From assembly GCF_009914755.1 (NCBI RefSeq), contig NC_060925.1: a DNA stretch of 64,000 nt. One strand, written 5' to 3'. This document shows, piece after piece, positions 41,726 to 55,584 of this stretch (its first letter is position 1; the number at the start of each line of letters is the position of its first letter). The translations under genes were made by a program, and so were the position numbers. The notes beneath the pieces are model-generated. The model was given only the letters and a program-made list of their open reading frames with translations. It made no database searches and was not told the origin of the DNA. The stretch is from the human T2T-CHM13v2.0 reference genome, Homo sapiens.

Positions 41726-42910
41726 AACACGATAAAGTCAAGAAACAAGCTAAAAAGCAGAATATCATATACCAAAATTTATGGAATAGAGCCAAAGTTT
41801 TTTTTGAAGGAAAACACATAGAATTAAATGCTTTCATTTTAAAATAAGAAACATCAAAGTTAGCGTTCAACTCAAAAAGTTAGAAAAGACGAAAAAATAA
41901 GTAAAATGGGAAGAAAAACATTAACAAAGTCAAAAGCATGAAATGATGAAAATTTAAAAGTCAAATTGTTAAATAACTCCAATAGATGATTTGTTGAAAG
42001 TATTTATAATTAGACACATCTGTGGCAAATGCAATCAATGAAAAGACAGAGAAAACACAGGTACATAGAAGAGGTATGAGAGAGTGAATATGACCACAGA
42101 GGGGAACTAAATGGGAAAATATTAGAAACAATGGTATGCTAATAGAGTTGAGAATGTAGGTAAAACAAACCAACTTTTGGAAAATAGAATCTCCAATATT
42201 GCCTTGTGAAGCAGAAAACCTGATCAAAGCATTAACCAGGGGTGAAATCATAAAGATTTCTCATGAAGATCTTAGACCCAGAGACTTTCATTTCTTTCAA
42301 ACATCCTAAGAAGGGAAGACGTTCCCACTAGTCAACCAGTTTCAGAGCCTAGAAAAAGATTTTTAAACTTCCATATTCATTTTATGAATCCGACATGTCC
42401 TAAAACTAAATCATAAACTAGGCCTCCTCCAAACCTCATCTACTAATATAGTAGTAAAAGTCCTAAACATGATGCAAACCATATTACATATTTCAAATGC
42501 ACCATAACCAAGTAAGGCTTATGTTAGAAATGCATGGGCAGTTAGTATTGGGAAATACATTAACATAATTTGCAATGCAAACAAATTATTGATAGATCAA
42601 AGGAGAAAAATTATGATTAACAGATACCCCAAATCAAATAAAATTCAAGATGTCTTTTTGATTACATATTTTTAAAAACTTCTCAGAGAACTATGACAAG
42701 AAAGATACTTCCTTAACAAATGAATTTTTTGTCTCACACTAATAGCCAACATCATACTTGATTATAATGTCTTAGACATAGCCCTATTAGTTTTAGAAAA
42801 AACATAAGGATGCCTGTTATCACCACTATTATTTATCACTGTTCTGAAAGCCCCAGCTAATTAAACAAGGCTAGGTGTACAGATAATAATAAAAAGACTA
42901 AAATTTTATT

Positions 42911-43218
42911 ATTGCTATTAATATTATTATTATTTTAAGGTGGAGTCTTGTTCTGTCGCCCAGGCTGGGGTCCAGTGGTGCCATCTCAGCACAGTGCATC
43001 CTCCGGCTCCTGGGTTCAAGTGATTCTCCTGCCTCAGCCTCCCAAGTAGCTGTGACTACAGGAGTGCACCACCATGCTCGGCTAATTTTTGTGTTTTTAG
43101 TAGAGACGCGGTTTCACCATGTTGGCCAGGCTGGTCTTCAACTCCTGACCTCAAGTAATCCGCCTGCCTTGGCCTCTCCAAGTGCTGGGATTACAGGCGT
43201 GAGCCACTGTGCCTGGCC
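42911..43218 (-). mobile_element. AluS (Sx/Sz-like) SINE with (TAT)n tail
   Basis: Full Alu reverse complement; 18-bp TSD aaagactaaaattttatt at 42893-42910 and 43220-43237; MIR follows at ~43240-43390. Confidence 0.96.
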
Positions 43219-44931
43219 GAAAGACTAAAATTTTATTGTGTGCTTACTATAGTCCAGGCACTGCTCCAAGCACTTTTTGGTTTTCACTTAACTCACATAA
43301 TAACCTTAGGAGGTATCATTATTATGCCCATTTTACAGATAAGGAAATAAGTCACTGAATGGTTAAATAATTTGCCAAGGCAGGTAAAAGTAAATACTGA
43401 AAAGCGATAACACAATGATCACAATTTTCAGATGTCATAGTTGCCTTCCTGGAAAGCCTAAGAATTAGCTGAAACCCATTTAAAAAGTATTACTGATAAC
43501 AAAACCTCCTTTATTTCACTCTTCTCAAGCTTCTCTAGAACGCCACAGAAGCCATCAGGCAAGACAGATGTTTAATTTAGTCCTGGCAAGAGGGTAAGAT
43601 ATCTATCTGTCTTCCCCATTTACTCATCTTAATCCTTAATTGCCACCCATCTTCCCCAAGCAGTCTGTCTCATTTACTTTGCTCCCATTTGCAATCAAGG
43701 GCTGAGCCTCAAAGACATCTGGAGTCTTAAAACCCAGTAGTAATAAGTAGAAACCAACACAAAACAAAACAAAAAAAATCTTTTAGAAATCTCTGACCAT
43801 AGATAATGTGGCCCCAAAAGCTCCAGTCCCCAAAAGCTCCAGTCCCCAGGCTTAATATCAGTGGAGAAGAGGGAGGGTTGGCAGAGGTACATCCCTCTTT
43901 AAGACTCAGCATCAGATTTCAGAATTGACTGTGGCTGCCACTTAGCCAGGCTCTGGGTCACAGCACCAGGCTCTGTAAGTTCTTAGAGAGCCAGGCTCAG
44001 GACCCAGGGACCTGCCTGTGAAGGAGGCCTGTGGAGGCAGCATAGAAAGGGCCCAAGGCAACCTGCGGCATTTCAAGGACCCTGGACATCTGTGGGGGCA
44101 GTATCAGTATGTTAAGAGGAAGGAGAAATAAAGGAATGAGCACAATAACTAAAGCTTGCCCTACCAGGACAAAAATTACTGTTCTAAGGTCATTTGGCCT
44201 GAGCCACTATAATGGTTCCCAACTGTTTGAGAAACAGCATGGTGGAGTGAAAAAAACACCACACCAAGATCGAAAGACCTGCATTCATGCCCTCTCCAGG
44301 TCACTACTATCTGTATGTCATTTGAGGAACCCCTTTATCTTTCTGAGTCTATGTGCTGTATCAGATGGTTGTGGGAAGCATTACATAAGGCTAGAGTTGA
44401 GACTGACCAGAGAATGTGAGGAGCTAATGTCCATGTCTTGACTTTAATACACTAACTACTTTTCCAGCCTTTCTTGGGGATATGACGCCCAGCAGTGGTC
44501 TGAGGTCTTGGACATTGTGTTTGTGAATCTTCATTGTAGGATTTTCCCTGCCTGCTCTGTGGAGGTCATCACCCAAACCACAGACTCCTGGGTGAAAGAA
44601 ATATTCCTCTGCTTTCAATACAGTGGGCCTAGAAGAAATGCATAATAAAACCTATAACATGGAAATAGCCATTCCTTCCCAGACTATTTCCCAAGATTGT
44701 CATGAGTATTAAAAAAATAGATATGAAAGTGCTTTGTAAACAGCAAAGCGTATACAAAGGTGACGGGTTTATTATCATTGTGCTGATGTATCTTAAAATC
44801 ACCTCTCATTTCTCCCTTCTGAGTTATCAGCAAAATGGGCACCATAATACCTTTCTCAGATTGACCTTGTTAGGGTATGGGAGACGTCACATGTAGAGCA
44901 CGTGTAAAGTGCATGGCCCACACATACTAGA

Positions 44932-45395
44932 CGTATTTGTCAGGGTTCCTTAGAGGGACACAACTAATAGGAAATATATAAATATAAATATATATGTATA
45001 TATTTATAAAGGGAAGTTTATTAAGTATTAACTTACACAATCACAAGGTCCCACAATAGGCTGTCTGCAAGCTTAAGGAGCAAGGAGAGCCAATCTGAGT
45101 CTCAAAACTGAAGAACTTGGAGTCCGATGTTTGAGGACAGGAAGCATGCAACATGGGAGAAAGATGTAGGCTGGGAGGCTAGGTCAGTCTGGCCTTTTCA
45201 TGTTTTTCTGCCTGCTTTATAGTCGCTGGGAGCTGATTATATTGTGCCTACCAAATTAAGGGTGGGTCTGGCTCCCCCAGCCCACTGACTGGGGGAGTGT
45301 TAACCTCCTTTGGCAACACCTTCACAGACACACCTAGGATCAATACTTTGCATCCTTCAATCCAATCAAGTTAACCCTCGTTATTAACCATCACA
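44932..45395 (-). mobile_element. HERV-L 3' LTR (MLT2A)
   Basis: Adjacent to the PPT; plus-strand end ttaaccatcaca. Confidence 0.93.
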
Positions 45396-45956
45396 AGTCC
45401 ACCCCTTGTCAATTTGAACCCATATACATTCCCTGAGATCATACATAATCTTCAAATGTAGACAATAATAAGGTTATAATTATGCCTAACATAATACAAC
45501 TATCCTTCATACAACCGGAAACACACCAATCCCCAACCCAAACACTATTACATAAAGTTAACAATACTTAAGTGCTGATATGAAGTCAATAAATCATATG
45601 TCACATGATAAAGAAGAAAGGAAATAAAATGAAGATAGTTTCTTAGCACAAGTGTATATATGCACAAACATGTTTTTAACAAAAGAAGGAGGAAATACTC
45701 ATAACAATTACAATCCTCATTTCTACAGTTGGTCACGTGGTCATAGCTGGTATTGGTGACTACCTTCTTTTATTACCCATTCTGTATTCCCTTGGCTTTC
45801 AGTAAGCACCTTGGCAGGTCATGGTTTTTTTTCCTGGTAGAGTGACCCAAACCTTCATTCCGGAGGGGTCTGGGCCATTTGTAGTCCTGCCTGGATTGGG
45901 CTGTTGTAGTTTCCCATTGACATTAATCACAGTGCATGGTAATACTAAGAGACGCC

Positions 45957-46800
45957 CTAATGGATCTGCTGTATTCCATTCAGAAGATCTTCCTTACATC
46001 CGTTGTGGAGTAGTAGACTGATTTCATCTTGATAGTCTGGGTGAATCACGCCAGCCAACACTGTAACTCCCTTCTTAGCCTGTTGACTTAAAGATGGGAG
46101 GAGCCCAAAGTCTTCAGGTGGCAATCTTAACTTCCAGTTTAATGGAATCGTTGTTCTGTCTCCTGGTGGCAACGTTCCTCCCTCTGGAGCTAAGACCTCC
46201 AGGCCTGCAGAACATAATGTAGCAGGAACAGGAAGCAAAAATTGTGGTAGTGGATCACTGGGGGTGATGGTGAATGGTGCCACTTCCACCCCTTTATTCC
46301 TGGACCTGTGGATCCTGGCTATGGGAGAAACAGTACCATATATTGGATGTTGATTCAGAGCATACACGGTTTTCTGGAGAACTTTGCCCCAGCCCTCCAA
46401 AGTATTGTCACCCAGTTGGCATTGTAATTGTAACTTCAAAAGGCCTTTCCACCATTCTATCAATCCAGCTGCTTCAGGATGATGGGAAACATGGTAAGAC
46501 CAGTGAATTCCATGAGCATGAGCCCACTGCCACACTTCTTTAGCCATAAACTGTGAGTGCCTTGGTCAGAGGCAATGCTGTGTGGAATACTATGATGGTG
46601 GAAAAGGTATTCTGTGAGTACACAGATGGTAGTCTTGGCAGAAGCATTGCATGCAGGATAGGAAAACCCATATCTGGAGTAAGTGTCTATTCCACTGAGG
46701 ATGAACCTCTGCTCTTTCCATGATGGAAGAGGTCCAATATAATTAACCTGCCACCAGGTAGCTGGCTGCTCACCCCAAGGAATGGTGCCATATCAAGGGC
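45957..46800 (-). pseudogene. pol: HERV-L integrase and dUTPase remnant
   Basis: QWAHAHGIHWSYHVSHHPEAAGLIEWWKGLLK (integrase core) running into PGDRTTIPLNWKLRLPP...GVTVLAGVIHPDYQDEI (dUTPase). Confidence 0.9.
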
Positions 46801-46929
46801 TCAGTGTTGGCCTCTACTGCTGTCAAATTGGGCACTCAGCAGTGGCCATAGCCAGGTCAGCCTTGGTGAGTGGAAATCCATGTTGCTGAGCCCATGCATA
46901 ACCTCCATCCCCGTCACCATGGTCACTTT

Positions 46930-47430
46930 GTTCGTGGGCCCGTCGGGTGATGACGGGGTGGCTGGGGAAAAAGGCTGAATAGTGTCCACAGAATGAGTCA
47001 TCTTGTCCATTTGATTATTAAAATCTTCCTCTGCTGAGGTCACCCATTGGTGAGCACTCACATGGGATACAAATATCTTCAGTTTTTGACCACTCAGGTC
47101 CATCTACATACATTTTCCCCAAATTTCTTTGTCGCCAATTTTCCAATCATGCTTCTTCCAAGTCCCTGACCATCCAGCCAAACTATTGGCTACAGCCCGT
47201 GAATCAGTATATAATCGCACATCTGGTCATTTCTCCTTCCATGCAAAGGGCACAACCAGGTGCACTGCTTGTAGTTCTGCCCACTGGGAAGATTTTCCTT
47301 CACCACTATCCTTAAGGGATGTCCTAGAAAGGAGCTGTAGTGCTGCAGCTGTCCACTTTCTGGTGGTGCCTGCATATTGTGCAGAACCATCTGTGGACCA
47401 GGCCATAGTCTTCTCTTCCACTGTCAACTG
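46930..47430 (-). pseudogene. pol: HERV-L RNase H remnant
   Basis: AWSTDGSAQYAG...GKSSQWAELQAVHL and IFVSHVSAHQ...DFNNQMDK in different frames. Confidence 0.88.
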
Positions 47431-47799
47431 ATCATAAGGAACTCACCATGGGGCCATTGATGTAGGCCGAGGAAGACAAGGCAGGGTGGCAGGAGTGGAG
47501 ACCAGGGGCATTTGAGCCACTTCCTCATGTAACTTACTTGCGCCTTCAGGACCTGCTCGAGCCTGATCACGTACATACCACTTCCATTTTGATTATTGAA
47601 TGCTACTGCGCATGACCCACTTTATGGCTAGATGGGTCAGAAAGCACCCAATTCATGTTAAGCAGTTCAGGTTGCATGGTGACTTGATGACCCATAATCA
47701 AATGTTCAGTTTCCACCAAAGCCCAGTAACAGGCCAAGAGCTGTCTCTCAAAAGGAGAGTAGTCATCTGCAGAAGATGGCAGGGCCTTGCTCCAAAATC

Positions 47800-49100
47800 C
47801 TAGAGGCCTCCGCTGTGATTCACCTAGAGGGACATGTCAAAGGCTGCAAACAGCATCCCTATCTGCCACTGACACCTCAAGCACCATCGGATCTCCTGGG
47901 TCACATGGCCCAAGTGGCAGAGCAACTTGCACAGCAGCCTGGACCTGTTGCAGAGCCTTCTCCTGTTCTGGACCCCGCTCAAGACTGGCAGCTTTTCAAG
48001 TCACTCAATAAATGGACCAGAGTAACACACCCACTTGAGGAATATGTTGCCTCCAAAATAGGCCCACTAAGTGTTGTGCCTCTTTCTTGGTTTTAGGAGG
48101 GGCCAAATGCAGCAATTTATCCTTCACCTTAGAAGGAATATCTCCACAGGCCCCACATCACTGGATTCTTAGAAATTTTACTGAGATAGAAGGTCCCTGA
48201 ATTTTAGTCAGATTTATTTCCCATCCTCTGGCACACAAATGTCTCACCAATAAGTCCAGTGTGTTTGCTATTTCTTGCTCAGTGGATCCAATCAGCATAA
48301 TGTCTTCAATGTAATGAACCAGTGTGATATCTTGCAGAAGCGAAAAGTGGTCAAGGTCTCTCTGAATAAGATTATGACACACAGCTGGAGAGTTGATATA
48401 CCCCTGAGGTAGGACAGTAAAGGTATATTGCTGGCCTTGTCAGCTGAAGGCAAATTGCTTCTGGTGGGCCTTATGGACAGGAATGGAGAAAAAGGCATTT
48501 GCCAAGTCAATGGTTGCATACCAGGTACCAGGAGATGTGTTAATTTGCTCAAGCAATGAAACCACATCTGGTACAGCAGCTGCAATTGGAGTCACAACTT
48601 GGTTAAGCTTACAATAATCCACTGTCATTCTCCAAGACCCATCTGTATTCTGCACAGGCCAAACGAGAGAGTTGAACAGGAACGTGGTGGGAATTACCAC
48701 CTCTGCATCTTTCAAGTCCTTGATGGTGGCACTAATCTCCACAATCCCTCCAGGGATGTGATATTGTTTTTGATTTACTATTTTTCTAGGTAGAGGCAGC
48801 TCTAATGACTTCCATTTGGCCTTTCCCACCGTAATAGCTCTCACCCTACCAGTCAGGGAGCTAATGTGGGGGTTCTGCCAGCTGCTAAGTATGTCTATGT
48901 CAATTATGCATTCTGGCACTGGGGAAATGACCACAGGATGCGCCCAGGGACCCACTGGACCCACTATAAGTTGGACCCGAGCTAAAGCTCCATTAATTAC
49001 CTGACCCCCCAAAAGCCCCTGTTTTAACTGGAGGGCCACAATGATATTTGTGTCCCCTGGAATCAACATCTGCTCAGATCATGTCCAGTAGTCCCTGAAA
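47800..49100 (-). pseudogene. pol: HERV-L protease and reverse transcriptase remnant (frameshifted)
   Basis: [15 protein letters not shown]...[12 protein letters not shown]...QKQFAF (48440-49069) and [12 protein letters not shown] (YIDD mutated to YIED, 48158-48382). Confidence 0.92.
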
Positions 49101-49149
49101 TGTCTGATCATTTCCCTTTCCCCAATGCACAGTTAGCCTGGTAAAAGGC

Positions 49150-50980
49150 TAGAGGTCTCTTTGGGGAAGGATGGGAGAAAGATTCACTGCATAAATTGTC
49201 GGTAATGTAGTGGGGTCCTTCCTCAAAGAGACCCAGCCTCCCCTTCATTCAAGGGGTTTTGGGTCTGTAAACTGGCTCAAGTCTGGAAACTGATTGAGGG
49301 GGCATGATTCTATGTTTTTATAGTTCAAATTAGGCTTTTGTTCATTCGACCTAGAAGTTTTCTGTTTGTATAATTTTAGTAGGAATGCAGTAGGCTTCCT
49401 ATCAATTTCACTTCTAAGAACACCATGATTAATTAGCCAATGCCACAGCTATACACAAGTCACATTATTCTAATTGTTGCTTTGCCTCTGTTGTCCATTA
49501 TGGTAGCTATGCCAACCTTTCCTTTGACAGTTGAGTGCCACCACTTGGCCCCTGCCACCTCAGGAATCAATTATTTCCATTGTATTTCAATTTTGTAGTT
49601 GAGTGACTACTGTTCCCACTGTTTGATCTGACATACGGAGAAGACCAATTACAGGGCTCTTGAAAGATGCAGGTGCTGCCCTCACAAATCTATTTCTCAA
49701 GGCATTGGTCAAGGGTATATCTCATTCCTAGCTGGGATGAGTAGGTCTAAAGTGACTAATCCACTCCACAATCCCAATCTCCCTAAACTTTTGGGTCCCT
49801 TACTTTATATTAAACCAAAGGAGATCAGGCATTTCCAGCTTGCTCACAGTGGGCCATCTTTTAATCCATATTTCAGCTAACCAAGCAAATAAATGATTAG
49901 AACTTTTATGAACCCCCTGAGCTGCAACATTAAATGCAGAGTCCCTACTTAGTGGGCCCAAATCAATAAACGCAGCCTGATCCAACTCTGTGTTCCCTTG
50001 ACCATTATCCCACACCCTTAATATCCATTCCCATGCCTATTCTCAGATTTCTGTTTATATAAGTTAAAGAACTCAAGCAGTTCTTTTCGAATGTGGTGCA
50101 CCTCCTCATGGGTCACACACTCAACCTCACCTCTAGGGGCCCGCTGGAACTTTAGTCTAGTTATAGGTCTAAAAGCAAATAGGGGTGTTGGGGGAGGCTC
50201 ATGAGGAGACTCAACATTATTTTGCCTGGCAACTGCCTCAGGGGAGGCCATCACTGTTGCCACAGGCAGCAGGGTTTATCTTCTCATACAAAAGTGGAAA
50301 GGCTGATGGCAGCATGGGTTGGGGTGCAGATGTTGCCACTACTGGGGACGGGGAAGCTGCTCCTTCTGGCAAGAAAGTTTCATCAGAGTTTACAAACTCA
50401 GTGTCCCCAGCTTCATCAGGGTCCTCCCACACATCCCCATTCCAAGTTTCAGGGTCCCATTGTTTTCCTATCAATGCCCTCACTTTAGCAATAGACACCT
50501 GGCAAGGCTGTGCAAGCACCTTTCATTGCATGTCAGCCACTCACATGATAAGAGCTTGTTTCTGTTTTTCCACAATTTTAGCTCTTTCTCTACAGGAGAT
50601 AAGACTCTCACTAAGAGCAATCTTAGCAGATTGAGACTCAGTATTTGCTTCTGAAGCCAGGAGACAGAATCCCTGAGAGTTCATCATTTTCTTTCATCAC
50701 TTTGTCCACTGAACTTAAGGACAACCAACCAGCTTCATTACTTTCCTCGGTTCTACACATACTGTCAAAGGTATTATGTATAGAGTCACTAAACTCCTTG
50801 CCTCTCATGAGCAGTGAATCAGGAGGGTCAAATGCATTTATTTTGCATAACTCTCTAAACAGTTTATGCCAAGGACTATCAGTGTTCTCCATACTATTAG
50901 AAGTACAGTCCTTAGCATTTTTGGGTCTAATCATATTAAGCAGCCAACTCCAGAAACCCCAAAACCAACGAAAGAACTCC
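49150..50980 (-). pseudogene. gag: HERV-L gag remnant (fragmented)
   Basis: FWSWLLNMIRPKNAKD, KVRALIGKQWDPETWNGDVWEDPDE and WDNGQGNTELDQAAFIDLGPLSRDS are ERV-L Gag segments. Confidence 0.88.
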
Positions 50981-51025
50981 ATCCTTAATATCTGTTCCTC
51001 TAGAATCACTCCTGGTACCAAAATC

Positions 51026-51087
51026 AGTTTATGGGTCCCCTAGAGGGGCAGAAGAAACAGGACATGTGTGTGTGTGTGTATATATAT

Positions 51088-51119
<32 letters not shown>

Positions 51120-51543
51120 GACAGAAGAAATAGTATATATATATATATATATATATATGAAGGGGAGTTTATTAAGTATTAACTTACATGATCACAAGGT
51201 CCCACAATAGGCCATCTGCAAGCTTGATGAGCAAGGAGAGCCAGTCTGAGTCTCAAAACTGAAGAACTTGGAGTCTGATATTTGAGAGCAGGAAGCATCC
51301 AGCATGGGAAAAAGATGTAGGCTGGGAGGCTAGGTCAGTCTGGCCTTTTCATGTTTTTCTGCCTGCTTTACATTTGCTGGCAGCTGATTATATTGTGCCC
51401 CCCAAATTAAGGGTGGGTCTGCCTTTCCCAGCCCACTGACTCAAGTGTTAATCTGCTTTGGCAACACCTTCACAGACACATCCAGGATTAATACTTTGCA
51501 TCCTTCAATCCAATCAAGTTGACACTCATTATTAACCAACACA
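51026..51543 (-). mobile_element. HERV-L 5' LTR (MLT2A)
   Basis: Homologous to 44932-45395 and adjacent to the PBS; U5 end degenerate with a compound microsatellite. Confidence 0.93.
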
Positions 51544-52053
51544 CTAGGCAAGACCACAAATCAGGTTCCAGGGGCTCAGACCCCCACTACTCCCTGCCCT
51601 TCCACATTCCCTTTTAATTCGTCCAATAACCTTAAGTCATTTGCAGATGATCAGTTCTGATCTTGGAAACTGTTTTTTTACCCTTCCACTTCCCTTCCCC
51701 CTCCTTAACATCTTTCTATCTCCACACGTGTTCCCAACTTAGGAGGTGCTACATATTTCACCTTTGGATTATGTGAAGCCTGTTCTGCTCATGGGCAGGA
51801 TGAGAGGAGTCCTTAAAAAGAAATCAGGGTCAAAAACTCCCTGGGGAGTGTTTTCTCATCTCAAGCCATGACTGCACCTTCTGCCTTCTATCTTTTCCCA
51901 CCCCTTACAAAATGACAATGAGTGCACTTCATACCCGCTCTGTAATCCAAAGGCTCTAGGCCCATGAGAGGCTGTCAGCCACACTTATCAGAGAAACTGA
52001 TGCTGGGAAAGCAAAAAAGAGTAAATAGGAGATGAAAGGAATAATCCCAATCA

Positions 52054-52376
<323 letters not shown>

Positions 52377-54254
52377 AGATGTAAGATTCTTTCCTCCATT
52401 ATAAAATTACACCACCTCCCGGGCCTGTGGGCCATGTCCAAAGACAGGACTTTGGAGTGGACAGCAAGGAAAATTCCAGCCCCGTGTCTTTGGTGAGCAG
52501 GCACATTGGGGTTGGAGGTGGTGTGGGGATGCTAAAGGATAGTCTAGGAGGCCCCATAGAGCAGTAATGCCAGCCCCAGAAGTGGTTGCACCTCACAGGA
52601 GACTGGCTGGGTTCAGAGCTCTCCAAGGTCCTAGCCAGGAAGTCCCAGAAATTTCCAGATTTTTAGTGGCAAAAATAAAGGCAGTCAGGAGAGGCTGAGC
52701 TGATATAGAAGGATGCACTCTGCTAGCCAGCCAGGAAGGTGGAAGCCAGGCTGAAGGCTGAAAACAAGTGTTCTCCCTCACTCCAGCTCCCTCCTCTTGT
52801 GTTACCAGCATGACTTGTAAGTCACCAGAATTGTCTCTGGCTGGGAGAAATTCTACAGATATAATGTGGAGACTAACATTTGAATTATAACATGAAGGTG
52901 ACTCACCTCCTGGGAGACCAGAGAACTGGGCAGTCATTGAGGTCTGCAGGTTTGGGGTGTGGAGATGAGAGGGGAAGCTAGCCTCAAGCAATCTGTCTTC
53001 ATCTTATAGCCAGTCCCCGAGGTGCCTTTGCTAGCCTGAAGGTACAGAGTAGTGTCCCATACAATTCTCTTGATTTTGAATGATCGACACAGGCTCTGTT
53101 CTGTGCTCTTTTTGCCTCATTCTCTCTGCCGACTCCATTTCTGCCAGACACCTTCCAAATAGGGCTGATCATATGAACTTTCTTGGTCTGGGGTCCCTGG
53201 GCTCCAAATTCAGTGTAGCCTCCTGATCCTTGATAGCATTGTAACTATGGGACACACAGGACTAAAACTGCTTGCAGTGACAACACTAGAAGCAGCCTTA
53301 GGCTATAATCAAACACTCCACCATGGTAAAGAACCTGAGGTCAAAGCCTGCCTTGAAGATGTTAAGAGCCACCTCATAAGCATCCTGTCTGTGTGAGAGA
53401 CTTCTGGTGTTCTTGTTCCAGAGAGGGCCAGTTTATTGATGCCAGTCATCCTTCAGAGGACTGCAATGCAGCCTACATTCAACAGATGTGAGGCTCTTTG
53501 GGAGCTTGTCTTTTCCGTGAACTTGTTGGGGGATGGGTAAAACCTTTGACTTCTGCTCTCAAAGGCTATACACCAGGGTTCTCTTCTCTCCTCCCCAGTC
53601 CACCCTTCCCTTTCCCATCAGGCTCCCAATATGCTCTCTAACCTTTAAGCCTACTGTTTGGCCAGCTCCTCAGGACTACCTAAGATGGTCTCTCAAGTTG
53701 AACTGACTCTACAGGTGCTGAAGAAGCCAGTTACCTGTGCTGTGTGATTTCACATTCACCAAAAGATCTACTGCTTGGCAGCACTTCCTGTATTAGGAAG
53801 AGTACCGGCCAGAGTGTCTGAAATCTTACCAGTAAAAACAAATTCCAATGGGGTAAAGCAAAATGCCTCCAGAGTCCTCCATTAGGGTGAAAATGCCCTC
53901 ACCAGAGAAAAATGCAGTGACCTGTAGCCCAGTGTAAATGCACCTCCTGTCTCCAAAATAGTGCCTGGGCATTCCCAAGTGAGCCAGGGCCATTAATACA
54001 CGCAGTTCTGAATGTTAAAGGATCAGGTTGTGGATGGCAGTACTGCCTACTGATGGAAATTATGGGCTAGGAGTCAAAATTAGACTCTAAACCCAGCCAA
54101 GAGAACTTGGGCAACTCATTCAACCTCTCTACGACTCAGCTTCCACCCCAAAATTATCTTTATTCTGACTTTCAGGGAAATCATTAGAACTTAGTAGAAT
54201 TGCTCTGAGAATACGCTCTCTTTCTCTCTCTCTCCCCCTCTCTCTCTCCGACAG

Positions 54255-54780
54255 TCATTTATTTCACAATTCTCATGTACCAGGTCTTAAGTGAGTAGGT
54301 GGAAATTCTCAGATGACTGAAACTTGGCCCTTCTGTGCAAGGTGCTTCAAATTTAGTAGGGTAGATGATTACCATCAATATACTAAGTGCAGATACTAGA
54401 CTATGCACAGGAGTCTATGGAGCCCAGAGGGCCAGCTAACCCTCTGGATATGGGCAAAGCAGATGACCCCTGAATTGGAACACTAAATAGAATAAACTAG
54501 GGAAGGGGGTTGGAAGAGGGGAAAAATAGCCCATACAGAAAGAATGACTTCAGCAAAAGTATGGCAGTGGAATATTAAGATATATGGGTAAATATGACCA
54601 ATTAAGAATTACTAGAGTTTAAATTATGAAAAATGGAGTGTCAGGATATAAGGCTGAGGAATATGCAGGAGCTGAACCATGGAGGACCTTTTGTATTAAA
54701 TTAACGAAATTGGAGTTCATGTATCAAGCAACCCACCACAGAAGGGTTTTAAGCAGGTGAGTGACAGTCAGTTTACTTAT
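54255..54780 (-). mobile_element. Degraded L2 fragment
   Basis: Reverse-complement L2 segments such as gaagggttttaagcaggtgagtgac. Confidence 0.55.
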
Positions 54781-55584
54781 GGATCCCTTTGGGAGCAGTG
54801 TGACAGGTGGATTATAAAAAGATAGGCTAGAAAGTGCTCCGCAAGGTAATGGCAATAGAGGCATGGCCAGTCCCTTTGACTCATTGGTTGAATAGGATGC
54901 TGATTGAGAGCTGCTGTTGCTTGGAAGTTATGGCTGCCTGGCCCCATACAAGGCTGGGCCCTAGGAAGGGACTTCTGGCAACATCTACAGGGTGTTTTTC
55001 CAGTAGCTTTTTTTTTAATGCCCTGGTATCCTAGGCTCATAGGAACATCTTAAAGGGAAGTCTTTAGTAGGATGCCACAGATCTATCTCCTGCAACATCC
55101 TGGCCAACATATCTGTCGATAATTGAATGAGACATCACCCCTTTAGGTGACACAAAGCTAAACACAATAGCTAATGTATTGTATGATAGAATGAAGACTA
55201 AAAATATTTTGATGGGCTGTAACAACAAAACCATTAGATCAACTTAACCAGATAAATGTTAAACCCTGCTTTTAGATTTCTTCAAAATCCATTGCCTAAT
55301 TACAAGATTTGGGATACCTGGCTTGATGGCGAAATATTTATTCCTTCAGCAAATGCTTACTGAGAACCTACTATATGCCAATCTCACCATTCCCTGAGCT
55401 TACATCTATCACCATATACCATACATTTTATTAGAACCAGGTCTACTTCCCTTCTTATAAGTTTTTCTAGGTGAGAAAATAAGCCTCACTTTGATATCTC
55501 AGGAGGCTAGGGTCACGTACAGGGAAAGACAAAGACTTCATGAATGCCTACAGGTGCCAATACCTTCCATCCAAAACCTATTTA

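Larger units (their letters stand above)
37640..42870 (+). mobile_element. Very old L1 (L1ME/L1M5-type) ORF2 relics, fragmented by later insertions
   Basis: Endonuclease-like FLITIKING...LLQERYL near 37650-37880; further ORF2-like sequence at 38700-39010 and 41760-42870 (ggatgcctgttatcaccactattattt). Confidence 0.6.
44932..51543 (-). mobile_element. Full-length HERV-L provirus with MLT2A (MLT2A1-like) LTRs
   Basis: LTRs 44932-45395 and ~51026-51543; Leu-type PBS (plus strand cactcctggtacca, 51007-51020); PPT (agtccaccccttg, 45396-45408); TSD CTAGA/CTAGG; gag-pro-RT-RH-IN-dUTPase order with no env. Confidence 0.96.

Noticed and set aside
45957-49069. Long pol ORFs (196 and 209 aa) as functional proteins
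   Set aside because: Separated by frameshifts and stops, with a mutated RT active site; expected residue of a moderately old HERV-L.
50238-51021. Fv1-like co-opted Gag restriction factor
   Set aside because: ERV-L gag is the source of mouse Fv1, but here gag is broken into fragments of 127 aa or less.
52593-52991. 132-aa ORF in unique sequence
   Set aside because: No recognisable domain or exon support; length is compatible with chance.
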